A DNA stretch of 64,000 nt, from NCBI RefSeq assembly GCF_964355755.1, contig NC_092677.1:19862101-19926100 (forward strand). The letters are read 5' to 3'. How positions within the stretch are numbered: position 1 is the stretch's first letter; each line of letters starts with the position of its first letter. A model generated the notes under the pieces. That model was not told the DNA's origin. It made no database searches and was given only the letters and a program-made list of their open reading frames with translations. Shown in pieces: positions 24,254-37,759 of the stretch. Made by a program: the position numbers and the translations under genes. Origin of the DNA: Antedon mediterranea. Lineage: Eukaryota; Animalia; Echinodermata.

Positions 24254-26376
24254 GTTACACCAATCACAGTGTTTGGTTTTGGTGGGAAAATGTTATCCTT
24301 TTCCAAAGCCTGAAATGTGCATGATTGTATGTATATATCACAACACAAGGACAGAAGAAGATGTATCCAATATCAATACAGTTACAAGAATTAAAGCATT
24401 TATTGCATGTTGATTACATGTACATGTGATCTGCTGACTGTATTTATTAGTGGTGTTACAAATATCTTTCAACAGAGGTTATTATAACCATATAAAACAT
24501 TTCATATAAACACGAACTGGGAATCTTCCTGGGTTTGTCACTTTCAAATATAAACTATAGGCCTATATATTAATGTAAAGTTTTCACGTTCATTTTCTAA
24601 TTATTATTAAATATTATATTATTCATGACAAAACATACAGTTTTTTTCTCATTTGATTAAATGTAATAAATATCCCAAACTCATATTTACACTGTATATT
24701 ATCTTATGACTTTTTCACATAAATACACTTATTGAAATAGTGAATCATTGTTTTTAAAGGTATCATTAAATATCAACCAGATTTTCTTTTTTACTACTCC
24801 TGAATACTTTCGCAAAATAATATCAAAATAATAAATTTAAAATGTATCATCCCAAAAAAAATGAAAATTGAAGAAATATTATTATTGTTAAAAGTGAATA
24901 ACTAACCCTAAAGTGTTATACTGTATTACACACAAGGAAAATGTTTTAAATTATATTTTCAGGAAGACAATATATCTTGTCCAAAAAATGACACTAAACT
25001 TAAAGATGTATTGTCCCATAGAATCATGAAAAATGAAGATGATTAAAATCAAATTTGAATAGGACATTTTGTAGTTTTAACAAAGTTAATCACTTACATA
25101 GAAAAAAACCCAAAAAACTTAAAAACTTTTCACTTATAAAATGAAAAAAATTCCATTAGCTGGCAGCCAATTTGACTATTTTTTTAGTATTGGAGTACTG
25201 TATAACAAAACATATACATATATTTCCATGTGTTCTCTATTGCTAAAAAAAGACATTCAGTTCAGCTTTCCTTCTATAACCACTTAATAAATACTAGTTA
25301 CAGTCCAACACCTCCTTAATCTCTTCCATTTTCTATAAAAAAAAATGAAACAAGTATTACAAAATTGCTATAGTAAGGCATATTGCTCAAATCATTTTTT
25401 CTGGCCAATGTATGTCACCAACTGACATACACATTTGAAAAAAGTCTATACAAACCTGTGTCAGCCTCATAATTGCCAGTCCACGTTTTTGAGGAGCAAT
25501 TGCTCTTAATTCCATGGCAATATACTGACCGCTTAAACTACTAGCTTGGTCATTGGTGGAGTTTGTAACGCCAGTAATAGCCTGAAGGATCCAATTTATC
25601 AATGTTCATCTAATTGACCTAAAAGAAACAAAAACAACAGTATTTATGTAACTATTAATATTACTACTAGGCCTATCCTAGCCTTACAACACTAAATCAA
25701 CTAAATATTAGGCCTATAAATATTAATTAATATTAATAATAAGTAGCTAGGCCTAGCCTAGTACTGTATTCATTTATTTGTAGGCTTATCCTAGGCTAGG
25801 CCTGGCCTAGCACATAGTAGACTAGTAGGGATTAGTAAGTATTATGTAGGCCTATAAGTACTACTTGGCATGGCCTAGCCTACTCTAGGGTATATGTAGC
25901 CTAGGCTAGGTAGGCCTAGCTAGGCCCTAGTATGGCCTAAACCTAGGTAGGCTAGAAATAGAAGGCTTGCCAACTCACTTTACAAATTGATCTCTGACGC
26001 GTTTTAGGCCTAGTTTTTCTGGCATTCTTCTACACAGATGTTTGTCTGAAATTATTGTCTTCATGCATTAATCCTTATGTTTCTGTCTGTGTATGACTTT
26101 TACTTCCCTTATCGTAAAGACAAGAAGAAGGGTAATGACAAATTATTTCCATAAAGACCTCGCTCGTCAGCCACCATTTTTTTGCCGTCGGTGTCGTCGA
26201 TGAGAGATATTCCTGGCTTCTGATTGGTTGACGAACGCGAACCGCGCTCGCGACGCCTCAAAAAGTTGACCAAGGTTCAACTTTTGAAAATTCGCGTGCG
26301 AAGCCTTCGCTGCTGTCGTTTTCAACGCGTTGAAGTTGAAATTCGATCGACTATCGTACACTGTTCGCTTGTATGT

Positions 26377-27358
26377 TGGCATTATCATCGACAACTCTCT
26401 CTCATGGAAACCCCATAGGCCTATCCAAGAAATTGAGAACAAAGTGTCTAAGAACCTTGGGATCATTTCTAGGCTTTCTTCCTTCCTCCCAACTATATTC
26501 TCAGGACCCTTTTTATTGCACACTCATCCTTCCTTATTTGAGCTATGGTAACATTGTCTGGGCCAACACTTACCCTTCAAACATCATTAAACTCTCTATC
26601 CTACAAAAAAAAGCTATCAGGACTATATCTGGCGCTCATCCACTGTCACATTCCTCCCACTTATTCTCCAAACTCAATCTTCTCAAACTCTCGGACATTA
26701 ACCTATCCCAGCAAGGTGTCTTTGTTTTTTTGGCCACTCACTCACTTCTCCCTTGCCATCTTAACGACCTTTTCGCTCCTAATAATACCGTTCATAAATA
26801 TTATACTAGAACAAGAAATAACATATATATCCCTAACCATAACACCAATTATTTTCAACATAGCATTAGATATTCTGGACCTCTATTGTTTAACAATTTA
26901 CCCCCCTCAATTTCCTGTGCTGCTAACCGCTATTCATTCAATAATAACATAAAAAATTACCTTTTGTCTCATTACTGATCGATCTGTTTGATATGGTCGT
27001 TGTTTCCATGTTCCGTGACTTGCTATCTTTATTATTCAATTGTCATCATATTCGCTATATGCCATGCAGCTGTACTTTTTTCTGTTCTTTTTTTATTTTT
27101 TATTCCAACTTTTATCTACTGGTTTTATATATATTTTGTATTTCTTTATTGTTTAATTAATTTATTTTCTTTATTTATATATTTTTTTTCTTCTCTTAAT
27201 TTAAATATTTTGTAAAGGCAATCCCGTCACAAGATTGTAATCTTTTTGGGATTTGCCTTCGTCCATTTTCTTGTTTTATCACTTGCCATTTTGTTTTTGT
27301 TACTTTTGTCTTTTGGACGTGAATAAATGTTCCTTGAATTGAATTGAATTGAATTGAA
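26377..27358 (+). mobile_element. L2/Crack-type LINE 3' fragment nested in the Harbinger
   Basis: GIIIDNSLSWKPH, LILPYLSYGNIVW, LQKKAIRTI, SIRYSGP; AATAAA and (ATTGA)n tail. Confidence 0.85.
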
Positions 27359-29275
27359 TGTTCACACTGGAAGCGTCCGTCGCCTGCCGCGTGCGTCACT
27401 TTTTAACGCGAAATTCGCTGCTTCGCGTTTGGTGTGCACCGGCCTTTAGGTAAGAAAAATTTAGATGTAGAGAATGATCTATTTTAATGACAATTTAGCT
27501 GAAAGCTACAACACGAATGTTCAAACCGCTACTCTGGATAAACTCGAATTCTCATGTGAAGATGTAACATACGCAGTCTCCCAATGTAAAAACAACAAAT
27601 TTCTAACCAATTGATAAAAAAACGGCGGTAACACAATGGTTGCAACATTGTATAAACTGTTTAAAAGGCTCAACGGCACAATAGTTCCTATATTTAAAAG
27701 AGGCGACCGGCGAAATTTAGATAACTAGAGGAATTACCTTAAACTCATGCATTGCTAAGAAATATAGTCGAATAATTTCTCGAAGAATATCAGAATTCCT
27801 TGAAGAGTATGATTTATTAACCGAAGCACAAGGGGGCTTCCGTAGAGATAGACGATGTGAAGACCATATCTTCACCCTTAAAAGCTTGATAGCTACTCGA
27901 CAAGCCGAGGGTAAAAAGACATTTTTGGCTTTTCTCGATTTCCGAAAAGCATTCGATACAGTCTGGAGAGAAGGACTAATAAAAGCATTACATCGAATCG
28001 GTATAAAAGGTAACCTAATTAATATCGTACAAAATGTATATGAGAATGTTAAATGTAAGGTCCAATTTGCTAATTTAGAGACGGAGTTACCATTTTGATA
28101 TCGATGAAGGTGTTAAACAGGGATGCTCGTTATCGCCAACACTCTTCAATCAATGAATTACGTATAATGCTTAACAACTCAGAAATAGGTGTTAACATCT
28201 TTAACACTAAAATGAATTGTTTATTATGGGCCGACGACGTCGTGCTAATAGGAGAAAACGAGAAGGAACTTAAAATGCTCCTACTAACTACTACAGAATT
28301 CGCTAAACAAAAACAATGGAAAATGTCATTTAATTATGATAAATCAAATGTCCTTATCACAGGACAAAGGACCAACTTATATAGAAAATGGAGGTTAGGA
28401 AACAATTCTATAACAGAAACTGATAAATACAAATACTTGGGAGTATATATTTCTCGCACGTTGTCGGACAATCTTTACATAGACGAAGTTATCAAGAAGG
28501 GTAATCGCATCATTGCGTATATTAAATCCATTATAAATGAATAAGACGATTTTAACAGAAATTATTACGGGGACCTATTATGGAAATCTATCGGAATCCC
28601 TACCATTAATTACGCATGCTCGGTTTGGTACCGTAACGGAAAAACAACAATGGCAAAATTTGAAAACCTTCAGTTTTTAATGGCGAGAACCATTCTTAAA
28701 GCTCCGCGTAACGTTGCAAAAGAGGCTCTATACGGTGACTTGGGCTGGCAATCACTAGAATCGCTTAAAAAACTACTCTCGGATTAAATATTTTAACCGC
28801 CTAAAAAAACATGGAGAAGGACAGATGGTTTTAACGCCATAAACATTCTTGAAGATAAATTAAAATGGGGATGGTTAAATCAAGTTAAAGAAGCCTTACA
28901 TAAATGTAACATGGGTGATATGTTCACCAAAGAATCACCCGGTAATGGTTAACCCAATTTAAATGCAATTACATTTGTTATTAGACAATTTATATAATGA
29001 AAACGTTGTTCTTGGGGAAATTTTTGACTTGGCTTGTAAAAAGTACCTACAACGTGCCTGGGATACCAGGTTAGATAAGAGATTACCAACATTACCCCAA
29101 TAATTAGCCTGTTTGGCTTTTACATTAATAGACTAGTTAGTAGTTGTATCAATAACTAATTAAGCAAATAAAATCATTTATTTGCTTATCTAACTTCAAA
29201 TACATAATTATAAACATATATTTGTGTTTATCTCGATTTATGTAAAAATAATCATGATTATGTATTATTATACAT

Positions 29276-29302
29276 AATACATAATAATAATAATAATAAC
29301 AC

Positions 29303-29341
<39 letters not shown>

Positions 29342-29348
29342 ATAATAT
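29276..29348 (+). repeat. (TAA)n microsatellite inside a ~330-bp tandem duplication
   Basis: Direct reading; 29130-29440 repeats as 29460-29725 without the TAA expansion. Confidence 0.85.
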
Positions 29349-30296
29349 TCTGTTGACCTATTGTATCTTCATACTGTTAATCAATTGTTTTTTAGTTTTA
29401 TTTTCTATGTATAAGTATTTTTTTTTTGTCAGACATTTTTGCTTATTTGGTTTATACATTGATAGACCAGTTAGATATACCAATAACTAATCACTAAACA
29501 AATAAAATCATGTATTTGTTGTTTGCTGTATCTATAATTTCAAGTACATATAAACATATATTTGTGCTTATTTCGATTTACGTAGTAATTTTATCATGAT
29601 TATGTATTATTTATACTGTTCACATATTGTACATTTATTCTGTTATCCAATTGTTTTTTGTTTGTTTTTTTATAGTTTTTATTTACTATGTATAATATTT
29701 TATTTTTTTCTGTCAGACATTTTGTAAGTAGGCCCTAATGTGTATTTACTACTGACCTATTGCATCGATATATTGATTTGCTCGTTATACAATTGTTTTT
29801 AAGTATCTATTCAAGTGTGCAATTACTACTGTACATTTTTTTTTTTTCAATGTAAGTAAATTATGTAAGTTTTATCATCATTTACCTTTTATATGTTGTT
29901 GTTTATATTTGTATGGACGCACCACCGAAAAGTGTGTGCCACTGATTCTAAAATGAGTACCAATACATACTGAAATAAATACTGTATTACATAATTTGTG
30001 TTTTAATCAGGTTTTAATGGAGTAATGTACTTTTTGAAAATCATTGAAAAAATAGTTCCTTGTTTTGAAAGTTTCTAAAAAGTTTTGAAAATGTTAATTG
30101 AATATGATTTTAAAATTAGTTACCATGAGAGCCACAACCTAAGTGGATACAGCTCATTTTTTAGGATAATATAATAATAAATGTATAAAAGTGATATAGT
30201 AGTGAGGCCTATCTTATGCAAAAGACAATTAGTGTTATGGGCTACTTATGATCATTTGCATTTATTGGCAAGTATATACAGTATGTCTATTGTTAT

Positions 30297-30341
30297 TAGT
30301 CGCGTGGAAGCGACTCTATAGTTCACTATGTCGGTCGGTCG

Positions 30342-30372
<31 letters not shown>

Positions 30373-31131
30373 GGTCTGTCTGTCGGTCTGTCTGTCGGTC
30401 TGTCTGTCTGTCTGTCGGTCCGGTATCACTATGCGTTTTATCGCTTTAAGACCTTATCTTGATATCAGTTTAATCTAGCTAGGTCAATTTTTCACAGTAT
30501 ATTGCTTATGGCCAGGAATCAATGTGGTTATGTTTTCACGGTGCGCAATAAAAAATTACGCGGTCTACGCACGATTTAACGAAATCACGTTTGTAATCAT
30601 ATCTTCACAACCATGAATCACAATTAAATAAAATTTGGTACTCATAAATTTCAGGGCATAAATCATCATAATGGCAATACAATTACGTGCGTAGCGCATG
30701 TAACGCACGCGTACGCGCGCTTAACATTTTCAAAATTCATTTTCGAAGAAATAAGAGTACATTTCAGGCAATTTTAAGCGTTTACAAAATTGCCATGAGT
30801 GCGCATATTTTTGCGCGCGCACTGCGCGTTAAATGTTATTGCGCACTCTTTTTGCCCGATTTCTGTTTTCTTGACTTACTTTTCAACTCGAAATTACGTT
30901 ATACGAGCACGTCGAAAGTGACAGGCTACGCACGTGTAAATTTTAAAAAAATAAATGTTTTTAAACATTTCAACATTTTTAAACATGTTCAGTAATTTCG
31001 GTCAGTATAGTTCACTATGTCGGTCGGTCGGTCTCTCTGTCTGTCTGTCTGTCGGTCTGTCTGTCGGTCTGTCTGTCGGTCCGGTATCACTATGCATTGT
31101 AGCACGCGACTTAATGGCTGTTGGCCTTGTT
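30297..31131 (+). mobile_element. HINE/DINE-like Helentron derivative, copy 2
   Basis: TTAGTCGCGTGGAAGCGACT 5' hairpin, long (GTCT/GTCG)n, duplicated core, 3' CACGCGACT subTIR plus GGCTGTTGGCC hairpin and TTGTTT. Confidence 0.88.
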
Positions 31132-32559
31132 TAATATAGGCTTAGTCCAGGAGCTTATGTCGAAAAATGGGCACTTGTAGACTTTTGATTTTAATTGTCG
31201 GCACCAACGTTTTTCTGACTCAGAATTTTCCGCTGAACAAGTGCCATTTTTTCGAACATGGCAAGTGGCCACCATTTTGATTTTCAATATGGCGGACTAA
31301 CTTTAACAAAAATGATCGTGAGTGGTATCATTGGAAAGGGAATTAAATACTGATCATTTATTTCCATTACACCCATACCCTAAAATGCATAGCAACAGAG
31401 ATAATTGCAATTACATATGTCATGTGATAAAAAAAAAGGCTGACAGAAATGCGACTTTGTAAACTCGACTATAATTTATAGATTCAAGCTGGTTAACCCA
31501 AAAAATGTCTGGGAAAAGAGTCTATGAGGTCTCACGGTTGAACAATTTTGGATTCTCGCCCTTTGATTGGTTTGAAGTTTATCACCGCCCATTTTTGGAG
31601 ATCATCAAAAAGTATGATGCTTTTTGATTGGAGTTTCCGTGACAACCTGGGGTAATTGACAATTAGATTGGTTTCGGAAGTGAAATGCAAGTGTAGCTTG
31701 TCAACAATAACAAACAACGATGTCTAGAACAGAATTGATGAACTTTCAAAAATTGTCTTCGTTTTTCGGTAGGTTGATGCAATATTTTAAATCAAAGACA
31801 CAAATAATATGAAAGTATGTTTGAAGTACCTATTTTTGAAATATTAAAATGATTGGTTGAGAATTGATGAACGGAAAAAGAAATTAGTAGGCACATGTTT
31901 TTCGATTTTCAATCAAGCCATATAGGCTAGTCCATTTAGTTACATTGTTTCAGGCTGAGGCTTACTTGGGACTGCCTGCAGACGACCTGTCAGTATAATT
32001 TTGGCTTAAGGGAGGTTAAATCTTATATATATTAAATTTTAACCAACATTGATTATAATTATGAATAATATATTTGCTATTCATAACGATCCGAATTAAT
32101 AATATTAATAAATAGGTACTTTATTATATTTAAGTGTTTTAAAACATATTAGTTTGAAATGCTTAACATCCCTATTATGGTAAATGGAATCGTCCGTACC
32201 GTGAAAGTTAAATACATTATGGACAGGTTCACTTATTTTCAAGGGATAATCTGTGGTTATTGAGGATTATGTTTTTTAACAAAGTATGAAAGGAATCATA
32301 TTTTGTAGGTTTTTAGTTTTAATTGATTAAACTGTTTTACTGCTATAAAAATCTATGTTTGCATTTTCTTCAGTTAACATTTATTTAAAAAAATTAATAC
32401 AGATTATTTTTAAAAGTGAATTTATTTTAATTAATTAAATTATTATTTATCAACAGGTATTTAATCTCTGCAGTCATGGAAGAAAATATGAAAGAAAATT
32501 ATCAGAATCAAATTTTTCAATGAACACATGATGTAATTTCGACAGTTTGAAAAAGAAAT

Positions 32560-32975
32560 TTTATCGTGCAAATAATTTTTACGATTCAACAAAGATGCCT
32601 TATACAAAGTTTTATGGTGAACGGGCATTCGTGTCTGCAGGTCCAAGTATATGGAATCGCTTGCCTAAAAGGCTTCGTGCAATCACAAACATTACCTCGT
32701 TTAAAAAGACTTTAAAACTTATTTATTTAATATGTCATAGTTATCACAGTATTAACTCATTTAAGATATTTTGAGATGGCGCAGCATTATGTGTTTTTAA
32801 GACTGTTCTCAGTTGTATATACTTTTGTCTTTTTTATTGTGTAATTTTTAAATTGGTGGTATTGATTGTTTTAGATTAAGCTGATGTTTATGTTATTTTC
32901 ATGTACAGCGCTTAGAGTTTGTTTCTGTCAGTTTGAAGCGCTTTATAAATTTAATTTATTATTATTATTATTTAT
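32560..32975 (+). mobile_element. L2 LINE 3' end
   Basis: TKFYGERAFVSAGPSIWNRLP..LR..SFKKTLK; AGCGCT..AGCGCT stem and (TTA)n tail. Confidence 0.8.
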
Positions 32976-33520
32976 TTACAGTATTACATATTTCTATGTG
33001 TAAAAAAACATATTTTTAATAAACATTTTGATTGAAAATTGTGTATTTATATTATACAATTAACTGGTGAAAAAATGGGCATGATGTGATTTATAATTTA
33101 ATAACTATGTTAGATTTTGTGTATTTTTGCGATTAACCAATACATTTTTATTTTGTTACACGTTTCCATGGTAACAAAAACATATTTTCCATAAATTATT
33201 AAAAATTGTGTATTTATAGTATACAATTAACTAGTGAAATAATGGGCATTTAATTCATAATTAAAGAACTATCCTTGATTTGTATGTATTTTTGCGATTA
33301 AAGGACATCTTTTTAACAATTATAAATATATCTGAAGGAATGTCGATCGGCGTTTTTTGTAAGAAATATTTCTTGTTTATACTTAGTACAGCTGTACATA
33401 TGGTTTCTAAATTCCATCACACCATTTTCTAGAAATTGTAAATTTTGTCTATAAATAATATAGCTAACACCTTATTTCAAGTTTAAAATAAGTGAGTTTA
33501 TTACTGTAACAATGTGTTAA

Positions 33521-35194
33521 AGCCCTACGACCTACGTTTTTTCGACCTAATTTATAAGGTCACAAACTACATTTTATGTAAAAATAAATACTATATGATC
33601 CTATTTCAAAAACCTTTTCGTCTTTAAACTGTTAAAAATGTAGCAGTTTCTTATTCAATTCAAGGCAACATTTATTTTCTGCTTTCATACAAAATTGATT
33701 TCAATGAACAATATATAAATAAACAAAATTTAGAAAGAAGAAGGTACAGGCCCAGAAAGATGAAAAACGCATCTTGTGGAGGGCGTACCTATCACTGACA
33801 CAGACAATAAAAAAAATTGACCGAAGAATAGTTAATATTTGGAAATAAGGTGAATTTTAAGTTTAAATAAAAATGATTTCAAGTCAAGTCAAGTATCATT
33901 TATTGTCATTTGTTTTAAGAAAAAAAAACCATAGAAATTCTGTTTGCTCTGTTGGCGAAGCACAATATCCAACGGACACAACACGAACTCAAAAACAAAA
34001 ACATTACAAAAAGTAAAAGTAAAGTGTCTACATGATGTTTAAGGCTCTAATAGCTCCTGGAAAGAAACAGAGCTTAAGATGGAGAGTGGCAGATCGTTCC
34101 CAAAAGTGGGTCCGGAATACCTAATGTGTTGAAAGTGGTTGGTTTTATGGGTTGGAATATGTAATTTTGAACTAATACGGGTATGATGATAATGAATTAA
34201 AGAATTAGGAGTGAACATGGAGCAAAGATGTTGGGGAAGGTTCGAATTAATAGAAGAAAAGATGAAAGAGCCTTGTTGGGTTAGATTGATATCAAAGACT
34301 TTGAGAAAATGAAGTTTAGAAAAAAGATGAATGAGACAGGGGTGGGGCGCCAGATATAATCCTGATAACCTTTTTTTGAAGAGATTGAAGTTTTTTAATA
34401 TTGGAAGGATAAGAGTTGCACCAGACAATATTGCAATAGTTAAGATAAGGCATGATAAGTGAGCAGTAAAGAATACGAAGAATGTTAGTGGGTAAAAAAA
34501 AAGAAAGTCTAATGATGATGCCCAGACTTTTGTAAATTTTATTCTCAACAAAATTGATGTAATTTTTCATGAAAGATGAACTCCTAAAAATGTTAGCTGA
34601 TTGGACTGAGGGAATATAATGATTGTTAATAGATTTGTTATCAATGTTTTTAATTTTCTGAGGGGTCCCAAACAGGATGAAGTTACATTTTTTGTGGTTA
34701 AGAGAAAGTTTGTTAGCTGAAAAGTATTGAGACATGAAGAGCAGATTGGTATTAACAGTATTAAATAAAGTTTGAATATCAGGGTCAGAGTAATAAACAA
34801 GTTGATTCTAATAGGCCTAATTGAATCGACCCGCTATAAATCCTACAAGGCATCGCGGGCGGATTGATATTTTCATGTTGATATGCACGACCAGTTTCGG
34901 TTGGCGATCGTGAAAACAAATAAGAGAACCATAACTTTTCGGCGAAAATACCAGGTCTTCCCCAATTTGTATTAACGGATTCTGCCAAAAAAGGAAAGAC
35001 AATTATTTCAGCAATGAGACAACGTCAGGCTAAGCATATAGCAAGCGTACGATGTTCGTACGTTAACGTTATCTTTTTATCATAATTAACATTACAACGT
35101 ACATTTAAGACAAGAAACGACATGGTTTAATGTTTTTATAGTTATATATATACATTACTTTTACAAAACGACAACAATTGCAGGTCTTGGGGCT
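33521..35194 (-). mobile_element. TTAA-flanked Kolobok/Crypton-like element, copy 2, split by LINE fragments
   Basis: TTAA at 33517-33520 and 35195-35198; 33521-33640 and 34797-35194 are reverse-complement matches to 8651-9276. Confidence 0.7.
34030..34795 (-). mobile_element. L2/Crack-type LINE RT 3' fragment
   Basis: ANKLSLN.KKC, LYCSLIMPYLNYCNIVW, LQKKVIRII, IRYSGP. Confidence 0.8.
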
Positions 35195-35639
35195 TTAACT
35201 AAAAATGAATGTTTTTTCATATTTCATATTTTCGTAAATATACAAAATGACTATAAGATGTATTGTATAAATGAATGGTAAAATGTCTGGTATAGAGTAT
35301 TCGTCCTGGCTAATGGTTTTAGCTTCTCATTTAACCTTTGTGCGAATTTAAAATTGTATGTGCCAGTGGCTGAGAGTATTGGCCTATAGATAGATTTTCT
35401 TTGTGCGTCTTGGGAAGACCATAAAGATGGGCCAACCTCGAGCCTTGCGGTCTTTGGTAGTATATTACGAACAATATTAGATAGCTGCTTCTCCTTTTCT
35501 AAGAGAGGATGGAAACGCTTAATTGGTCTACCTCTAGACTAAGGTTGTGTCTTAATTACGGGTATAAACTTAGATGTGTTGTTTATAGATAATTGTCTAA
35601 GAAGTTGGTCATAATGATGTTTATCCATGATAACGACTC

Positions 35640-36048
35640 CGGAACCTTTGTCAGGTTTACTTTGAAAAGGCTTACTGGCGTGTCGAGAAGAAACTCAATA
35701 ACGAGGATATGGAGGAGCTCACATCAGCAACTTTAAAGTCGATTGCTCTAAACTACATCGAACGCAAGGACCCATCTCCACCTAGATCCCTGAAAAGAGC
35801 ATTGGGACAATTGAAGAAAAGGGATGACATTGTCATTACTAAACCTGAACCTAAAGGGCCTGTTCTAACACGGTTACTAAACAACTTAGTGCGAAGATTG
35901 AAAATGATATTTTACCGGTATTTACTAGTCGTAAGATAGGTGACACCTTAAAACCAAAAGAAATGAAACCCAGAATCATTAATTCACAATGCGTTGGGTA
36001 CAAATTTCAATGTGGTTTGTGTGATACAAACTATGTCGGTTACACTAT
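35640..36048 (+). mobile_element. Penelope-like fragment (N-terminal RT region and start of GIY-YIG)
   Basis: LKKRDDIVITKP(D)KG; INSQCVGYKFQCGLCDTNYVGYT. Confidence 0.7.
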
Positions 36049-37730
36049 CACCATTATTGTTTTCAATATTCATTAACGAACTGTATAAAATGATTAAGAA
36101 CTTGGGTGTAAATATATTTAACACAAAAAATAGGTAGCCTCTTTTGGGCAGATGTATGGTTTTAATTGCAGAGAATGAACGAGATTTGAATTCACTATTA
36201 GAAACGGCAGCTGAATTCTCACAAAAATGGAAACTTTCGTTTAATTATGAAAAATCAAATGTTTTAATCACAGGCCAAAGAATCAATTTACACAGAAAAT
36301 GGCGACTAGGTGAAAATTATATATTGGAAACAGAGACATATAAATACCTTGGTGTACATTAGATCTTGATCATTGTCTGATATATATCATATAAATGAAG
36401 TAATTAAGAAAATTAACCGTATAATTGCTTACATCAAATCCATAATATCGGATCAAGTAGACTTTAACAGAGCCTACTATGGCGATTTGCTTTGGAAAGT
36501 AATCGGACTACCTACCATAAACTATGCTAGCTCTGTTTGGCTCTGTAATGGGAAAACCTCACAAGACAAAATTGAGAATCAAATGGCTAGAATAATACTA
36601 AAAGCCCTGAGAAATGTTGCCAAAGAAGCATTGTATGGTGATTTGGGATGGCAAAGTATTATTTCCCTACAAAATGATTACAGAGTTCAATATTTTAACA
36701 GATTAAAGAATATGGAAGATTGTAGGTGGTCTCGATTACTTTTCAAGGCAATTTTATCTGTTCAAGAAAGTATGACATGGCATTGGTTATCCAATGTAAA
36801 AGATATTTTAAATAAAACAAATTTTATAGACAAATTTAATCAAGAACCATCTACTAACTGGATAAAGCCATTTAGGAAAAATAATAAACAAGTTGATTAT
36901 AACGAGTGGTTTTCAAATGCCCAATGCAAAACAACGTTAACGAATATACTATGTATAAAGGAACTCCAAATCTTGAACAATATTTGTTACATAAAACTAA
37001 TTTAAGAGTATCAATTTAAAATTTAAAGCAAGATCAAACTCTCTAGATCTTGAGGGTCGTAGACAATTCTGGTCAAATCATAACACAGGATTATGTAAGA
37101 TGTGTAGTACTAACAAAAAAGAAACTTTTTTTAATTTAAATGTCCTTCATTAAACTCTTTTAGAAATGATGTATACTTGGATCTTAAGAACAACCTCATA
37201 GGCAATAATTTAAGTATGTACTGGGATAATTTTAATTGCTGATCTCAAAAATTTAAACACCACTTTTTGCCAGACAATTTATTCACTGAAAATGAAACAT
37301 TAGGAGAAATCTTTGATTTTTATTGTAAAAAATATGAAAGCATGGGTTACTAGATCTACAATTTTATCAGCATTACCTCTCTCAACTAATTGATTAATGT
37401 AGTAAACAAGCTACAGACATCTCTATGAGGATGTATCTGTAAGTTTTATTTATTAGGCCTATCCTGTATTTTTGTTGTTTTATTTTTGTAGTTATATATA
37501 CAGTATTGTACAATTTACGTATTATGTATTTTCATACAGATCTAATTAATTAAAAAATTAATTAATTAATTAATTAGTTTACATTTTGTTTTGATGTTAT
37601 GTATTAGTATTTAGAACTGGCTTATGTTTTTTGTAATTTTGTCTGTAAATTGGATGCACCATTAACTGATATATGTGTGCCACCGATATAAAGGTGATTC
37701 CTATGAATACATACATAAAAAAATAAAATA
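36049..37730 (+). mobile_element. 5'-truncated LINE of the same family as 18040-29985
   Basis: LSFNYEKSNVLITGQR, YYGDLLWK, ALYGDLGWQ closely resemble 28320-28760; similar 3' end; possible TSD TACACT. Confidence 0.85.
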
Positions 37731-37759
37731 CACTCGCGGTTGACCATTAGCGTTTGATA

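Larger units (their letters stand above)
23977..27445 (-). mobile_element. PIF/Harbinger-like DNA transposon with decayed MADF/Myb-SANT gene
   Basis: TIR AGGCCGGTGCACACCAAACGCGAAG at both ends, TTA TSD (23974-23976, 27446-27448); minus-strand 26177-25979 reads, with frameshifts, FMEIICHYP..LYDKGSK..DRNIRINA(W) and ends at a GTGAGT donor. Confidence 0.8.
18040..29985 (+). mobile_element. Decayed APE-RT non-LTR retrotransposon (RTE-X-like), near full ORF2, split by at least 5 younger insertions
   Basis: Collinear segments: endonuclease GIVESFL/GYNWIGKNR (18360-18450), GGIGFLIRD (19675-19720), ILGDFNG/DYGLV/SDHN (22175-22934), 23658-23976, then RT QGGFRRDRRCEDH/FLDFRKAFDTVW/LWADD/GDLGW (27449-29100) and 3' UTR. 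Confidence 0.8.

Noticed and set aside
29990-30296. Sequence matching ~14805-15170, a possible conserved non-coding element
   Set aside because: It is a fragment of the interior of the 14496-16566 transposon family
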